DNA from: Magallana gigas
Taxonomy: Eukaryota
Direction of reading: 5' to 3'
Assembly (NCBI RefSeq): GCF_963853765.1
Contig: NC_088860.1
Span: 30,504,001-30,568,000, forward strand
DNA length: 64,000 nucleotides
Every line of letters begins with the position of its first letter. Position 1 is the first letter of the stretch. Of this stretch, positions 9,891 through 24,000 are shown in pieces. The position numbers and the translations under genes were made by a program. The notes beneath the pieces are model-generated. The model ran no database searches. It saw only the letters and a program-made list of their open reading frames with translations, and had not been told where the DNA came from.

Positions 9891-12800
9891 ATGGCCGAGG
9901 TATTTTTATTTATTTCTATTTGCATCATGTTTTATGTAGCAGTATTTTGTAATTTCTTGAATTAATACGCCAAATAATGATATTGTGTTTAAATTGACTG
10001 CTTTGATGGCGAAAAGACAATTTTGTTTACGTGTTGCTATGCATGAAGACGAGAAAAATTTTATTGTATTTTGCCTTGTTTTAATATATTTTACTCCATC
10101 AGCATGAGGTTTTATAACTCAATCCGTAAATCTTATTCTTAGCCATAAGCATGTTATTTTAAATGAAAGATACATATAAGTGACATGCAGACAGTTCGAT
10201 CATAATTTTACGATAATTCATAGGCTACATGAACATGACTTCACACATCCATATAGATTTTCTCTTTCTATCTTTAAGTGAGTTTTTTGCTAGCATATAA
10301 GTTGATATAACATTTCATAATTGTTTCTTATAGTAATAATTTCATGCAAATTGTGTATATGTTATGTACTTCACTTAAAACTTCATGTAAAAAAGTATTC
10401 AATTTTTGATGCAGGAAAAGGCTAAAGGTGGGATGGATGACAGTGCATTCGAATCCCTTGAAAAGGACTTCAAAGAGGTATAATTCTTATCACTGATAAA
10501 GTAAATCAAACATACAGTATACATACATGTACAAAGCCAAGCTGTTTTTAAATGACGAAAGACCTTGTATTTCATGCATATTAAAAGAATGATTGAAACA
10601 ATAAATCAATGAGAAAAATAATACAAATACCAGATTGAATATTTTATATAGACTGATTCAAAATCAACTAAGTTTATCTTATTTTTATTGTAATTTTCTA
10701 GTAATGGGAGATTGACCATTTTGTATAAAAATACAATAATATATTTCTTATTAAACTTGTTTTTTGAATAAAGATTAATTTCTTGTGAGGTGAAGTTTTT
10801 GACAGACTTATATATTCTGTTTCTTTTCTATAAAGGTGCTTGAACAACTAAAAGGAGATAAAACACTTGACAAATTTCGTCAGGAATATGAAAAACTCCA
10901 CAAAGCTCTCAAAAAAAGTCACGAGAGTGAGAAACGTTTGATGCAAAAAACCAGGGAGTTAAATGCAGAAATAACAGCTAACTCTGCTAAAGTAGCTACA
11001 GCCCTGAAACTATCTCAGGAAGATCAGAACCAGATACAGTCATTGAAGAAAGAAATTGAGAAAGCATGGAAGACTAGAGATGCTGCCTATGAGAAGGAGA
11101 CAAGAGCAAGGGAGACAATTCAGCAGCTGAAGATGGAAATAGCCAATCTGAGCAAACTTGTAGAGCAAGGTGCTGGACTTACAATGGGACAAGAACACAG
11201 GTAAAAGATTACAGATAAAACATCTATCTAAAGGGTCTTAATTACCGTTAAGTGAATAAGAATTGGTATACTGTTGCACCTATGAAGCATATTCCATGTA
11301 TGTTAATATAAATTCAAAGTAAGTCTTTAAAATAAAAATATTATTTTAAAAAATGCAATTGAAGACTTGATATATATATTATGTATTGTAAATTGATATA
11401 AATATTACCTTCTCATGTTGTACGCAAATCCAACCTAATTTTTCAATCTTCTACATCTCACTGTATTCGCCAAATATATGATGTGCATGTATGTCATTGT
11501 ATAATTTTTTGGTTTAGTAAAACATCTTGCAAATTAAAATTATCAAGACCAAGTACAAACGTACATTGTGAAAAAGTTGCTTATAAATTTACTAATATGC
11601 ATATATTTTTTTCTAGTGTCAATGAGCTATTGAAAATGAAGGAAGAGCTAACAAAGGAGAGAGATGAGCAGCTGAACGACATTGTTAAACTGCGGGAGTC
11701 CCTTGCTCAGGCAACGTCACAGCAGCAGAAGTTGGAATCTGATAAGAAAGAATGTGAAGAGAAAATCCAAGAGGTAATTAAAGTACTTGTATTCAACATT
11801 TAAAAAAAAAAATAGTCCTAACCAATGCAAAGAGACATATAGTAGTTACAAATCCTTGATAATAGATTGCTCTTAAGCAATTTCCTTTCTGTCTTTTAAA
11901 GTCAAAGTGAAAATTGTTTCTTTTATTCCAAAAATATCACAGAAACATCTATACATTATTTATTAAATTTCAGCTCAACCAAGAAATTCAGGTGAAGAAC
12001 AATGAAGCTCAGCGTGAGAGCAGGAAGAAGGACAAGATGGAGAGAGAGCTGAAACAGGCCAAAGCCGATCTGGACGCCAAGACTGGAGAGATTAAGAACC
12101 TGCAGGGCCGTGTTGAGAACTACAAGGGTGACATCTCTAAACTAGAGCAGCAAATGAAAGAACAAAAGGTGGGTCTCCTATCAGATTTTGTTATTGACTA
12201 TTTCTTCAGTTAAGAACAAAAGACCTATTTGCATACTCATTTTATATGTTCTTTAGAAATAGAATGTATGATAAATTTTTTCATATGAGATACATTTATT
12301 ATATGGATGGTTTTCTTTTTTGACAGATTTTGAATGAGAGAACTATTAAGGATGCTGACATCTTACATACTCGGTTTGCCAAGCTTCAGTCAGACTTTGA
12401 GAGTCAGCTGATTACCACAGATCAGCTGACCGCTGAAAACCAGGCCAGAGTCACAGAGCTTAAGGTACTCCTAAAAAGCATTGTCACTGCATGATTTATT
12501 TTTTTTTCTGGAACTATAAGAAAATATACAGTTGAACTTTATATTGCAAACCGTAATATTTGGATCCCCACTGATGTTAAACTCTGATAATTAAGGAAGT
12601 CCTTATCACTTTAAATGCTCGGATATATAATCTGGAAGATATTTTTTGGTCCCTTGAAGTTTGAGATAAAAAAGCTGGATTAAGTCTTAGAAAGTCAGAG
12701 CTCTTTTGAGATTTTTATTTTTTATTCATTTCTCATTTTTGGTTATATATTGTGTTGTGATATAATTATAGCAAAAAGAGGATGAGGTTAACCAGCTTAA

Positions 12801-15800
12801 AGGGGAGACTCAGCGACTGAACAAAATGAGGGAAACCATTCAAAGGAAACTTCGGCAGGTGGAGGAGAATAAGTCAGATGTCGAGCAGCAGAGGGAGACT
12901 CTCAAAAGTCAGATCATTGGCTTGGAGAGAGGTAATGCAGTTTGTAATGCAATGTTTGATTTTAATTAATATATTGTCACTTTTCATTAAAAATTTCTAT
13001 CTATGAATTAAGTAAGACAGAATTCAGAAATGCATATGTGTTTGACTCTCTTCTACAGAGCTGGAAGCTGCCAAGAAACAAGCAGAGGCTGACAAGAAAA
13101 CTATTGATGATAGAACAAGGGAACGGGACATTCTGCAAAAGGTTTGATCCTAAGTAGATATCTTGAGGTCAATTTATAGATCAAGGAAATTCAGGCAATG
13201 ACTTAGAAACCTGCTATTCTCCCCTTCTTTCTAAAAGGTGTTTTTTGCAAAAGGTTTGATCCTAAGTAGATAGCTTGAGGTCAATTTATAGATCAAGGAA
13301 ATTCAGGCAATGACTTAGAAACCTGCTGTTCTCCCCTTCTTCCTAAAAGGTGTTTTTTAACATTATGGTTATTTTGTACAGAGCATGCTGAAAGCAGCCA
13401 GTGCCACTCAGAAGCAGATTCATCTTGTCCGCCTTCATGAGCAGTCCAAGAAGAACCTGGAGCAAGACATTCAGAACTACAGGGAGGAGGCCCAGAAACA
13501 GAGGAAGATCATCTACCAGCTGGAGAAGGAGAGAGATCGCTACATCAATGAGGCCAGCGATCTCACGCAAAGGGTATGCAGTTTTACAATTGGTGACCAA
13601 AAAAATCATTCAAAGTTCATGCTTCCTAAACAACATTTAATATTGACTTAGATAAAGGAACATTTTATTAGATGCACCTTTGTTTTCTGTACAGGTTCTC
13701 TCACATATGGAAGATGTCAAGGTTCGTGAGATGCAGATTTTCGATTACAAAAAGAAGATTGCTGAGGCAGATACCAAACTGAGGCAGCAGCAGAACTTGT
13801 ATGAGGCTGTACGAAGTGACAGGAACTTGTACAGCAAAAACCTCATCGAGTCTCAGGTAGGTTTGTTTTCATTATTGTTCAATAAATTAAAACAATCTAA
13901 ATGTATTTGAATGGAATATTATGGTCATGTTTTGGTGAATCATATTCAGAGATTCAGACTTTATAGAAACGGTTGATCTCCAAGACGGAGAAAGTGTTGA
14001 ACGAGAGCTTTTAATTTAAAAAAAAAACAAACAAAATGTATCAGAATTATTATAAAAAGATCATTTAAAAATGTTTGTTCAATCAAATTTAGGATGAGAT
14101 TACCGAGATGAAGAGGAAGCTGAAGATCATGAACCATCAGATCGATCAATTGAAGGAGGAGATTCAGGCCAAGGAGAATGCCCTCCTCAAGGAGCACTTT
14201 GAGCATCAGCGTGTAGAGAAGGACAAAGAAAACCTCAAGTCCGAGTTGAACCGCCTCAAACAGCAAGCGCAGGAGAGCAAGGCATACATTGAGGCGCAGG
14301 AGGCTGAGGAGAGGAAGCTGCTGAAGATTATTGCTGAGGCGGATGCTGAGCGAGTCAGACAGAAGAAGGAGCTCGATCAGGTACACACCACAAAGTTACA
14401 ATTGAACCTGGGTATTTGAATCAATATGCTAATCAGTACATAAAAACAATTTATTCTCGTCCAAAGCTGTAAATTTTTATACTTACTGGTTTGTACCGTA
14501 TTATTTATGTACAGATTAAATTTCTTCTATATTCTACATATTTTAATAAGTGAAAAAAAAAATTGACAATTACAGGTGATCAGCGAGAGAGATATTCTTG
14601 GAACACAGTTGGTTAGGAGAAATGATGAATTGGCTCTTCTGTACGAGAAGATCAAAATCCAACAGTCCACACTGAATAAGGGAGAGATTCAGTATAACCA
14701 GAGATTGGAGGATATCAGAGTGCTCAAACTCGAGATCAAGAAACTCAGACGGGCAAACGCCATTTTGGAGAAGAGGGTAGCCAATGTAAAGGATCTCAGG
14801 TAACTCAAATATATACAGTTTGAGGCAGAAAAAGATTTGATGTCAGTTGAGTTGTATTTTGGGAATTCTAAAGTGGTTGCCAGGAAAGTTAGAAGTTAAC
14901 ATGTGTTGCATATTGACTCATTTCCTTTGCAGACTCGAGGTATACCACATTCAGAGAGAGTTGCTGAGGGAGAGAACTCGATGCAAGGCCCTGGAGGAAG
15001 AGTTAGAGAATCCTATGAACATCCACAGGTGGAGAAAACTAGAGGTAAGTATTCTAATTAACTTGTCCTCTAATTTCTTACTTTTGTTAACAGCACGCTG
15101 TTATTAAGCGCAAATCAAACAGTAGATAAATGGGTGAGGAAAATATGAAGAAATTAGGAATATTCCCATTGTTATGGTTACTTGCACAGAGAGTAACTAT
15201 AAGAAAACTTGATCATTGTGACTTTACATTGATTTGCAGGGAAGTGACCCAAGCACCTATGAGATGATTCAGAAGATTCAGACTCTACAGAAACGATTGA
15301 TCTCCAAAACAGAGGAAGTCGTGGAGAAAGAGCTACTGATCCAAGAGAAAGAGAAACTCTATTTAGAACTGAAGCACATCTTGGCACGACAGCCTGGCCC
15401 AGAGGTTGCTGAACAGCTTACGATTTACCAGCAGACGCTCAAGGAAAAAACGAAACAAATGAAGGTAATGCCGTCTTGAATTTTTTTTTTTAAATAGCTG
15501 TAGTAGACTTTAAATTTTTCAAGATTTCAGATTTTAATTTGGGTTGTTTGTTTTTCCAGTCTATGGCATCGGAATTAAATATGTACGAATCACAAGTCAA
15601 TGAATACAAGTACGAAATCGAGAGAATAGCTAGAGAACTACAAGAAGTCAAGAAGAAATATTTCATGCAGAAAAAGAAAGAACAACAAACAAAGTAAGGA
15701 TGTGGACATTTTCTTTAAGAGTGCTTCATCACTTTATACATGTTATGATGTATATACTGTTAATTTCTTATGTTACGCAAGTACTTAATTCCGCGATCCC

Positions 15801-16158
15801 GCTGTTTTGTATCAAATCGTGAGAATATAAAGTCGCAAACACAGAACATTTATCCATATTTATTATAGTTCCCAACTCTCAGAAAATAGAGACGAGATTT
15901 TAAAATCCGCGACGGGTGCTTCTCGCGATTTTAAGCGGATATAAATTACTCGCGTTTAATTAGGAATTTACAGTATGCACAATTGAAAATAAAATGCATA
16001 AGAAAAATTTCATGTACATTAATTTCTTCTGCTTTTATAGAGAAAGAGAGAGGGCGTTAGCACAAGCGGGGGCCCCTGTTATTCAACCCCAGAGAACAGA
16101 TGGGCCCCGATTCACAGGAGGGGGATTCAACCTAAAGTCTACTAAAACAGCCGCTTGA
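9891..16158 (+). CDS. CFAP58: Cilia- and flagella-associated protein 58 (CCDC147), 874 aa
   Basis: 16 exons, all GT-AG and phase-consistent: 9891-9899, 10415-10477, 10836-11200, 11617-11773, 11974-12168, 12327-12464, 12772-12931, 13059-13141, 13382-13573, 13695-13856, 14093-14380, 14576-14799, 14933-15044, 15240-15464, 15560-15693, 16041-16158 (2625 nt). MAE..SAFE..NSAKVATALKLSQ..KEIEKAWK..ERDILGTQLVRRNDELALLYEK..FTGGGF match vertebrate CFAP58. Confidence 0.95.
13134..13358 (+). repeat. 112-bp direct tandem duplication including the CFAP58 exon 8 splice donor
   Basis: tgcaaaagGTttgatcctaagtagata...ctaaaaggtgttttt starts at 13134 and again at 13246. Confidence 0.92.
15755..15975. mobile_element. 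TA-flanked MITE in CFAP58 intron 15
   Basis: tactgttaatttct.. at 15755 versus ..taggaatttacagta ending 15975; degenerate TIRs; CGCG-rich interior. Confidence 0.6.
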
Positions 16159-18080
16159 TCAGAGCTCAGTCTAAAAATAGCAGATCCAGCATTTCTGTGA
16201 TTCATCGATCCAACAATTTCTTCCTTTCCTCACCCTAAAATATCCAGTTATCAACGCTTTATTTTTTGGACTCTGCAAGACAAAATCTGATATTATTCTA
16301 CTTTTTACTTACATGTATGTTTAGAGCAAATAAAAGATGAAGTTTAATATTTATGAAAAGAAGAATATGTTATGAAAGCTTTCACTTATTGGGAACTTTT
16401 CTTTAGGCTTATATCTGTGATTATTTGTTGTTTTTATGTGAGTTTATATCACAAATTTTAATAAACATGATGAATTCTTATTTTTCATTGTTTTTTCATT
16501 GATCTAAGACACATTTTACAACATGAATTGCCACCAAAATTGACATTAGTTATTGGTATACCATATACATGTATCTAGGGTGGTTTTTCATATGTCACAA
16601 AATTTGCAAAAATGGGGAAATCTGTAATTCTTCTTTTTATTTGTGTAAGTTATTTTGGCATTTTAAACAGTTTTAATACTTGTAACAAAAAATGCCAGAA
16701 ATAGTTCCTGTGTAATATGTATTTTGCAGTATATGAAGTGATCATGAAAAAAGCAGAAAAATAACCAGATATATGGTATACATATTACATATATTTCATC
16801 TCAACCTTTCAAAATTGTCTTGATTTGAAAAATGTCTCTTATTGTAAAAGGCAATTCTAATACTTTATTGAGTGTATTATTGGCATTGAATGTAATTTCG
16901 TACATAGTCTTAAAAAGTAATGTAAACCAAATTTTATTCTTGTGCTGAAAATTTTCTTAAGCATTATCATGGCAAATATTTCATTATGTTGCATATTGCA
17001 TTAATTTTTCTCTTATTTCTTAAACTTTATCAACATTGACTAATTGGCAAAAACTTGCCACTGTAAACCAATTGCTGGTCAATATCAGTATAATGTCACC
17101 ATTAATAAAATTGTTTTACAGTTTATCATTGGTAAATATCGGTTAATATTCCCTATGAATAGACGTTTGGCAAGTTTCATATTATGTAATAAAATTTGCA
17201 AAATTAAAATGTTCACATGGTTAAAATGACAGTCCTGGTTATTGTACATAAGAGGATGGGAAATATGATGGACAGACTGATTTTAAAACCAGCCCCACTG
17301 TCACCAAACTTCAAATTGCTGAACTCAGTCTTAAAAGAAAAGTGCATGAAATTGAGGTCAAAACTTTGCCTAGAGGCTAAGTATTGACTCGCAGAAAGTT
17401 GGAGACAGTAGGGCCCAACCCCCTGAATTCTCCTAGTACAAACTGAGCTATCTGATGTCAGCAATCAAACAGGTCTAACTTGTGATCAATGTGTCTTCAA
17501 TAAACACTTTTCTTATCACATACAGTATAGCAAAGGATTTATATGTGTACAGGTGCATGTACCCTAGGACTAATTAAAATTAGACCTAAAAAGGTAAACA
17601 ATTCAGGACAAAGGCATTACATGTATATTAATTAGAGACTATAAGAAAAAAAAGAAAAAACACAATTGAAAGTTTTTGAATTTCAGTATCAAGAGATTTT
17701 TATTTCGGTAAATGTTCTCGATATAAATATCAGTAGATAAATTATCATGAAATTATCTAAATAACTGTTGTCAAAATTTGGATCATGATGAAATTAAATA
17801 AGAAATTAACAACAGTAATTGGATTTTAGCCTATTGATTCATATAAAATAGGGTACATCATACATTTCCCTTGAATAAGTTGTGTTTAATAATAATATCC
17901 TGAAATGTCAAAACTGTTCTTATTCATTTCATTATTGGCATTCATTCACTCAAAAAAAAGCTAAATAAATAGAGTATTAAATCGATCAAGAAATCATATG
18001 ACAGGCATCACTTTACTTTACAAAATATGCTGTCAACTCTTCAATTTCAACATGCAAGGAGCCACACAAAATTATCACGG

Positions 18081-21000
18081 TTATTGTTGCACAGTTATCT
18101 CCCCTTCTTGTGGCCACCAGCTTGGAATATGAGCCTTCACACTGTATAAATGTCCGTCTGATGAAGGAATCACCAGCCTCTTTTTCATTTCGGCCAATCT
18201 AATCAGTCCTAATCCAAACCTATCCACCGAATTCCTGTACTTTCCAGCATTTTTTTTAGTATCCTCTGTTTCTATGGTGACTCCTGATTGTATGTTTTCT
18301 GGTACCCTATAAAAAAAATGATATGATTAAACAAATTTTATTTACATTTAAATACTTTAATTATTTGTAAAAAAAAAAAAAAAAAAAGTAAGAATTATCA
18401 TGCATTTTCTATATTGAAAATATTCTTTAAATATTAACTACTCGAAAAAAAGGGTTTCATATTTAAATTGCAAAATTAATTTTGAAAAAAAATACTCTTC
18501 ACCTATCATACATCATAAATATACATAGAGTTTTATTTTGGGAGATTCCAGTTAATCTATAAAAACATAATAAACACCTTTCGAACTCTATGGGAGCCAG
18601 TCGTTTCCTGATGACTCCCGTGTGATAAGAGCGGGCAGTCAGCTCCTGACCAATGTAACAGCCCTTGGTAAAACTCACTGCAGTCAAAATTGTTACAAAA
18701 TTATACCTCAATACTTTTTATCTTCATGAGCACATCATTACATTTTTTTAACACCTGAGAGTACAATATATACATTTATGCCCCCCCCCCATACCAATAA
18801 TTCAATTACAATGTACAAGTATTGAATCTTCAGTTAACTGATACCATAGTAGAACTAAAGTCATAAAAAGAAAAACAATTAATACATGTAGCTGTTGGTA
18901 AAATTTCGGTCAATAATAGCATAAATAAAAAGAAAAGTTCGTTAACCTCCATCATGGAAGACCAGGTTACTCTCCAGTGGCAGACAGTTTCCTGGGGGTA
19001 GGTCCACAGTCCCCTCTGGTAGCCCCACTTTGTATCTCTGTATGTGGTACTCCCTCTCCTCCCTGGTTTCTATCTCGCAACCTGGGTCTATTGCTGAAAA
19101 TATCATTAAGGGAATATATCAGCTAGATCTTAATTCATACAAAACACAAATGTTTTCATAAATTGTATGAATTTTGTTTAATATGCACATTCAGGAAATA
19201 AATTCAATTAAAAAAGCTACCGAATTTATACAAATATTAACTAAGTGGGAACATTTTACACATTTTAAATTGCCAATATTCATCATATTGTAAGCATCAC
19301 AACATAATCAACTTTCGTAGAATAAAAATGACATTCAAAACACAATAAAATTTGTCAGGTCATTCAAAACTCATTCATCTGCTTCGTACCTGCAAGAACT
19401 TCAGACCCATCTCTTGCTACAATTCTCCAACCAAACTGTTCTAATCGTGGATCAGGATGTGCCAGAGTGACCTCCCCTTGTTTAAATGGCAGCCATAACC
19501 TCTTTCCTAACTCTTCTGATGGGAGAGCTGCAAAGGTCCTGTATTCATCACTTACTTCAGTTATATCAACCTGCAAAAAAGAGTCCAATTTAATCAGATA
19601 AAAATTTCATAATTGATGTAGCAAAAAATCAAAGTAAAAAAAATTACAACAGACCAAAGTTTAAAAATTTCTTTATGACTTCTATCAGTTTACTTACCTT
19701 TTTTCTAATTTTGTATTTTTTAAAAAGTGAAATAACTTCTTTCGACACTTCATGGTCACATTCTATCAGAACACATGAAGTCTCATTGTCAAGATTTTTT
19801 TTGTATATTATCATATCATACAGCACTCTGCCCTAAAAAAAGAACAAGATGCACATGTATAATTCATAAAGTTTGATGCACATTAAGCTTGGTAGTGAGT
19901 ATCTTTATTTACCGGTAGTTTTTGTTAGCTTATATCTTGTAAATGACCTACACATAGTGATGTTAGAACCTTTAAACAAGAGCTTGGACTTTGGGTAGTT
20001 GTGTCAAACAGCAATGTGACTTAGGCCTGTCTATTTCATTGCTGGCCACTTAGCGATGGCTCTTTGAAATCAACGAGATTTGTCTGGCTTTTGAGCTAAA
20101 ACTACGTAATCGGTGCATATTTCGCTTGAAACCGCGACACTATTTTTAACTTGTTTTGACGCAAGAAATAGATAGCTTCGTCCAACCGAAAGTCCAAGGT
20201 CTTGTTAAAATGGTTCTAAATGTATCTAAAAAGAAAATTTAAGAAAGGTACTTTCATATATCATTGAAGATGTAGTGAAGAACATTATTCAACCATCATG
20301 CAAGGTGCATTGTTTTGTCTGTTTCATATATTATATCGATGTGATTAGATGATGTATATTTTTTTTTAGTTTAAATCATATCAATTTCCATACCTGTTAA
20401 CCTTTCAAAGCTGCTATGTGCGAGAATCTCCACCTTACCAACTTGGCTAAGGGGGAGATTTTGCGTAAACGACGTTTTTTTTCACGTGAAATGCAAATAT
20501 ATATTAAACATAGGTAATCACAGATTACAAAGCTCACCGAGACGAGACATCACCCTTATGAGACTTCACCTTTATGAGACCACCTTTATCATATTAAATG
20601 AAAATCATACTTTATGATCTTGGATATTCATGGATTCTGTTTTGACACAATATCGTATATCATTTGTTAAAAATGATAATCATATGTTCATATGTTAATC
20701 AATACAATAATATCAAATTAAATATTGCATCCTATCATATTTATAACAGATATAATATAATACAATAAAATACCATAATAAACAATGATGAGATATGATA
20801 TTGTAACGTATGATATGACATTGTATTGTGTTATACATTATTGTATTTGATCACATAATACAATATCATAATATATAAAACAATATAGTATTATATTACA
20901 ATATCATATTACATAATACATCATAACATTGAAACATATGATATTATATTGTATAATATAGTATAATATTGTATGATACTGTATCATTTTTGATACATAA

Positions 21001-24000
21001 TATGATATTGTATCATATGATACAATATAATTTATTACAACATTGTATCATATCAAATGATACAATATTATGTGATAAAGTAAAATATTATATAATACAA
21101 TATCATATTATACATATTGTATCATATGATACAATAATATATTTAACAATATCATACAATACAATTTCATGTGAAGTGATAATATATCATATCATAAACG
21201 AATATCATATTATACAATATTGTATGATACGATATTATAAAATATTACAGTATCATATTATACAATTTCATGTGATATAATTGTATATTACAGAAACTTA
21301 TATCATATTATACAATATCGTATGATACAATATTATAGAATATACAATATTGTATCATAGGATACAATATTATATTTTGCAATATCTTATGTAATAGTAT
21401 CATGTGATAAAATAATAAATTAATAATACAATATAATATTATACAATATTGTATCATAATATACAATACTATACATAAAGATATCATGATACAATATCAT
21501 AACATAAAATATTAAATTTTTTTTATATAATATCATATTGTATCATATAACTTTTTATAATATTACATATGATATTATATTGTATCATATTAAACAATAT
21601 TGTTTTATAACATACAATACTTTATCATAGGAATCATGTTATATCATTTATCAACAAACACATCTATCTATCGAGCAGGTTTGAGTGAGGTAGGAGATTT
21701 CTTTAGCATCCTTGATAATGGAGATCAGGCTCTGCATCTGAAGCAACCTCTGCGTTTCATTTAAAATATAGTTAAATCAACTATGCAAGCTATCATCTAT
21801 AAATTAAACATGTGACCTGTTCCAAAAAAAACTAAACCTCATCCAGCATCCGAAACCTATGGCTCAGATTCAGCATTCAAGCCTGTCAGGTGCATCAGTA
21901 TACATAAGACGCATCTCCATGCAAGTTTGGTGAAGTTCAGACCAGTAATAACTAAGATATCATCATCAGAGGGCACTAGCAATTAAAACCTTAACCTGCT
22001 CCAGCATCAGCAACCTATGGCTCAGATTCAACATCCATGCCTGTCAGGTGCATCTGTATCATAAGACACACCATCCATTCAAGTTTGGTGAAGTTAGGAC
22101 CTGTAATAACTAAGATATATTTTTTAGCATCCTTGATAATGGAGATCAAGCTCTGCAACTGAAGCTTCCTCTGTGATTCATTCATATTACAGATTAATCA
22201 ACTATGCAAGTTTGAAATAGTACTATTATCTATCAAACATGTGACCTGTTCCAAAAAACTTAACCATATCCAGCATCTGAAACCTATGGCTCAGACTCAG
22301 CATTCAAGCCTGTCAGGTGCATCAGTATCATAAGACGCACCATCCATGGAAGTCTGGTGAAGTTAGGACAAGTAATAACCAAGATATAATCATCAGAGGG
22401 CACCTGTTTCAAAAACTTTTACCAGATCCAAAAACCTTAACCTCCACCAGCATCCGAAACCTATGGCTCAGATTCAGCATTCAAGCCTGTCTGGTGCATC
22501 AGTATCATAAGATGCACCATCCATGGAAGTCTGGTAAGTTAAGACAAGTAGTAACTAAGATATAATCATCAGAGGGCACCTGCAACAAAAACTTTAACCA
22601 GCTCTAAAAACCTTAACCTCCTTCAGCATCTGTAACCTATAGCTCAGATTCAGCACCCAAGCCTGCCTGGTGCATCAGTATTATAAGACACACCATCCAT
22701 GCAAGTTTGGTGAAGTACGGACCAGCAGTAACTTAGATATTTCTATCAAAGGGCACCTGCAACAAAAACTTTAACCTGCTTCAAAAACCTTAACCTCCTC
22801 CAGCATCCGAAACCTATAGCTCAGATTCAGCACTCAAGCCTGTCGGGTGCATCAGTATCATAAGACACACCATCCATGCAAGTTTGGTGAAGTTAGGACC
22901 TGCAGTAACTTAGATATTGCTATCAAAGGGCACCTGCAACAAAAACTTTAACCTGGTCCAACAACCTTAACCTCCTCCAGCATCTGAAATTTAGGACTCA
23001 GATTCAGCATCCAAGTCTTTCAGGTCCATAAGTAGGTCCAGATGCATCATCCATGCAAGTTTGGTGAAGATAGGACAAGTAATAGCTTAGATACAGGACC
23101 TGCAACAAAAACTTTAACCAGGTCCGGACGCCGACGCCGACGCCGACACCGACGCCAACGCCGAGGGTATAGCATAAGCTCCCCCTGACTTCGTCTCGGT
23201 GAGCTAAAAACTGTTAGATACCTTATTTTACCACTGTAATTAATGCTTTTGCAATCATTTTAAATTTTATTATTCTAAGACTACCAGTGTGCAATTACAA
23301 CTTGTGTTGCTGTACATGTTCAGAAAACTATTATTTTGTGTGCATGGTACAATACAAGAAGTCAATAGTGCCACTTTTTATATTAAGTCTTCTTATTGTT
23401 CAGTATTGAACCATCACTGCATGCTGACATCTAGGGTAGACACAGAAAATTTATTTTGCGTATTTTGAATTTGCAGTGAAACCCAGTTAAGAAAATACCA
23501 GTAAATAATATTCATTAAAATTATATTTTTTGCCTTATATATAGGATAGGTTTTTAATTCACAAAACAACATGTATTTCTCCAGTATCATTTAAAAATGA
23601 TCTCTGTTTTAATGTCTATAGCATCTCTGTAATCATAGTACCGGTACTAAACTCTTGTGAAATGCTTTTACACTTTTTCCTCGAGCTTCACTTTTATCGG
23701 TAGCTTATATAAACACTCAGTGTTCCAAACTCACTTTGATTTTTACCGATTGTGCTGGCCAGACAGAATTAGTCACGACTCACTGCACGTGGCTTGGGTG
23801 CTTTACCTGTGCACCTGTTAAGTGACACCACTGGCTGTGTATTGTTTTCTTTGGTGTTACAGAGTAAAATCAAGATGTTTTAAGCTTTCACTTATTTTTT
23901 TATAAGGCCTATGCATAACTAAATACGTAACTGATTTAAGTCAAAACCAGAAGTAATCGTAAAAAGTAAACTGGACTATAACATGTCATACTATGATCAC

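Larger units (their letters stand above)
20525..23210 (+). mobile_element. Helentron-associated non-autonomous element (HINE / pearl-CvA-like) with internal satellite, in IBA57 intron 1
   Basis: Subterminal inverted repeat agctcaccgagacga (20531-20545) / tcgtctcggtgagct (23191-23205); (gacgcc)n microsatellite at about 23125-23163; internal tandem array; 3' A-tract. Confidence 0.75.

Noticed and set aside
13343-15387. Minus-strand ORFs antisense to CFAP58 exons
   Set aside because: Shadow ORFs of coiled-coil codon usage; no independent splice structure.
20969-21280. 103-aa I/Y/H-rich ORF
   Set aside because: Translation of the AT-rich simple repeat inside the HINE.
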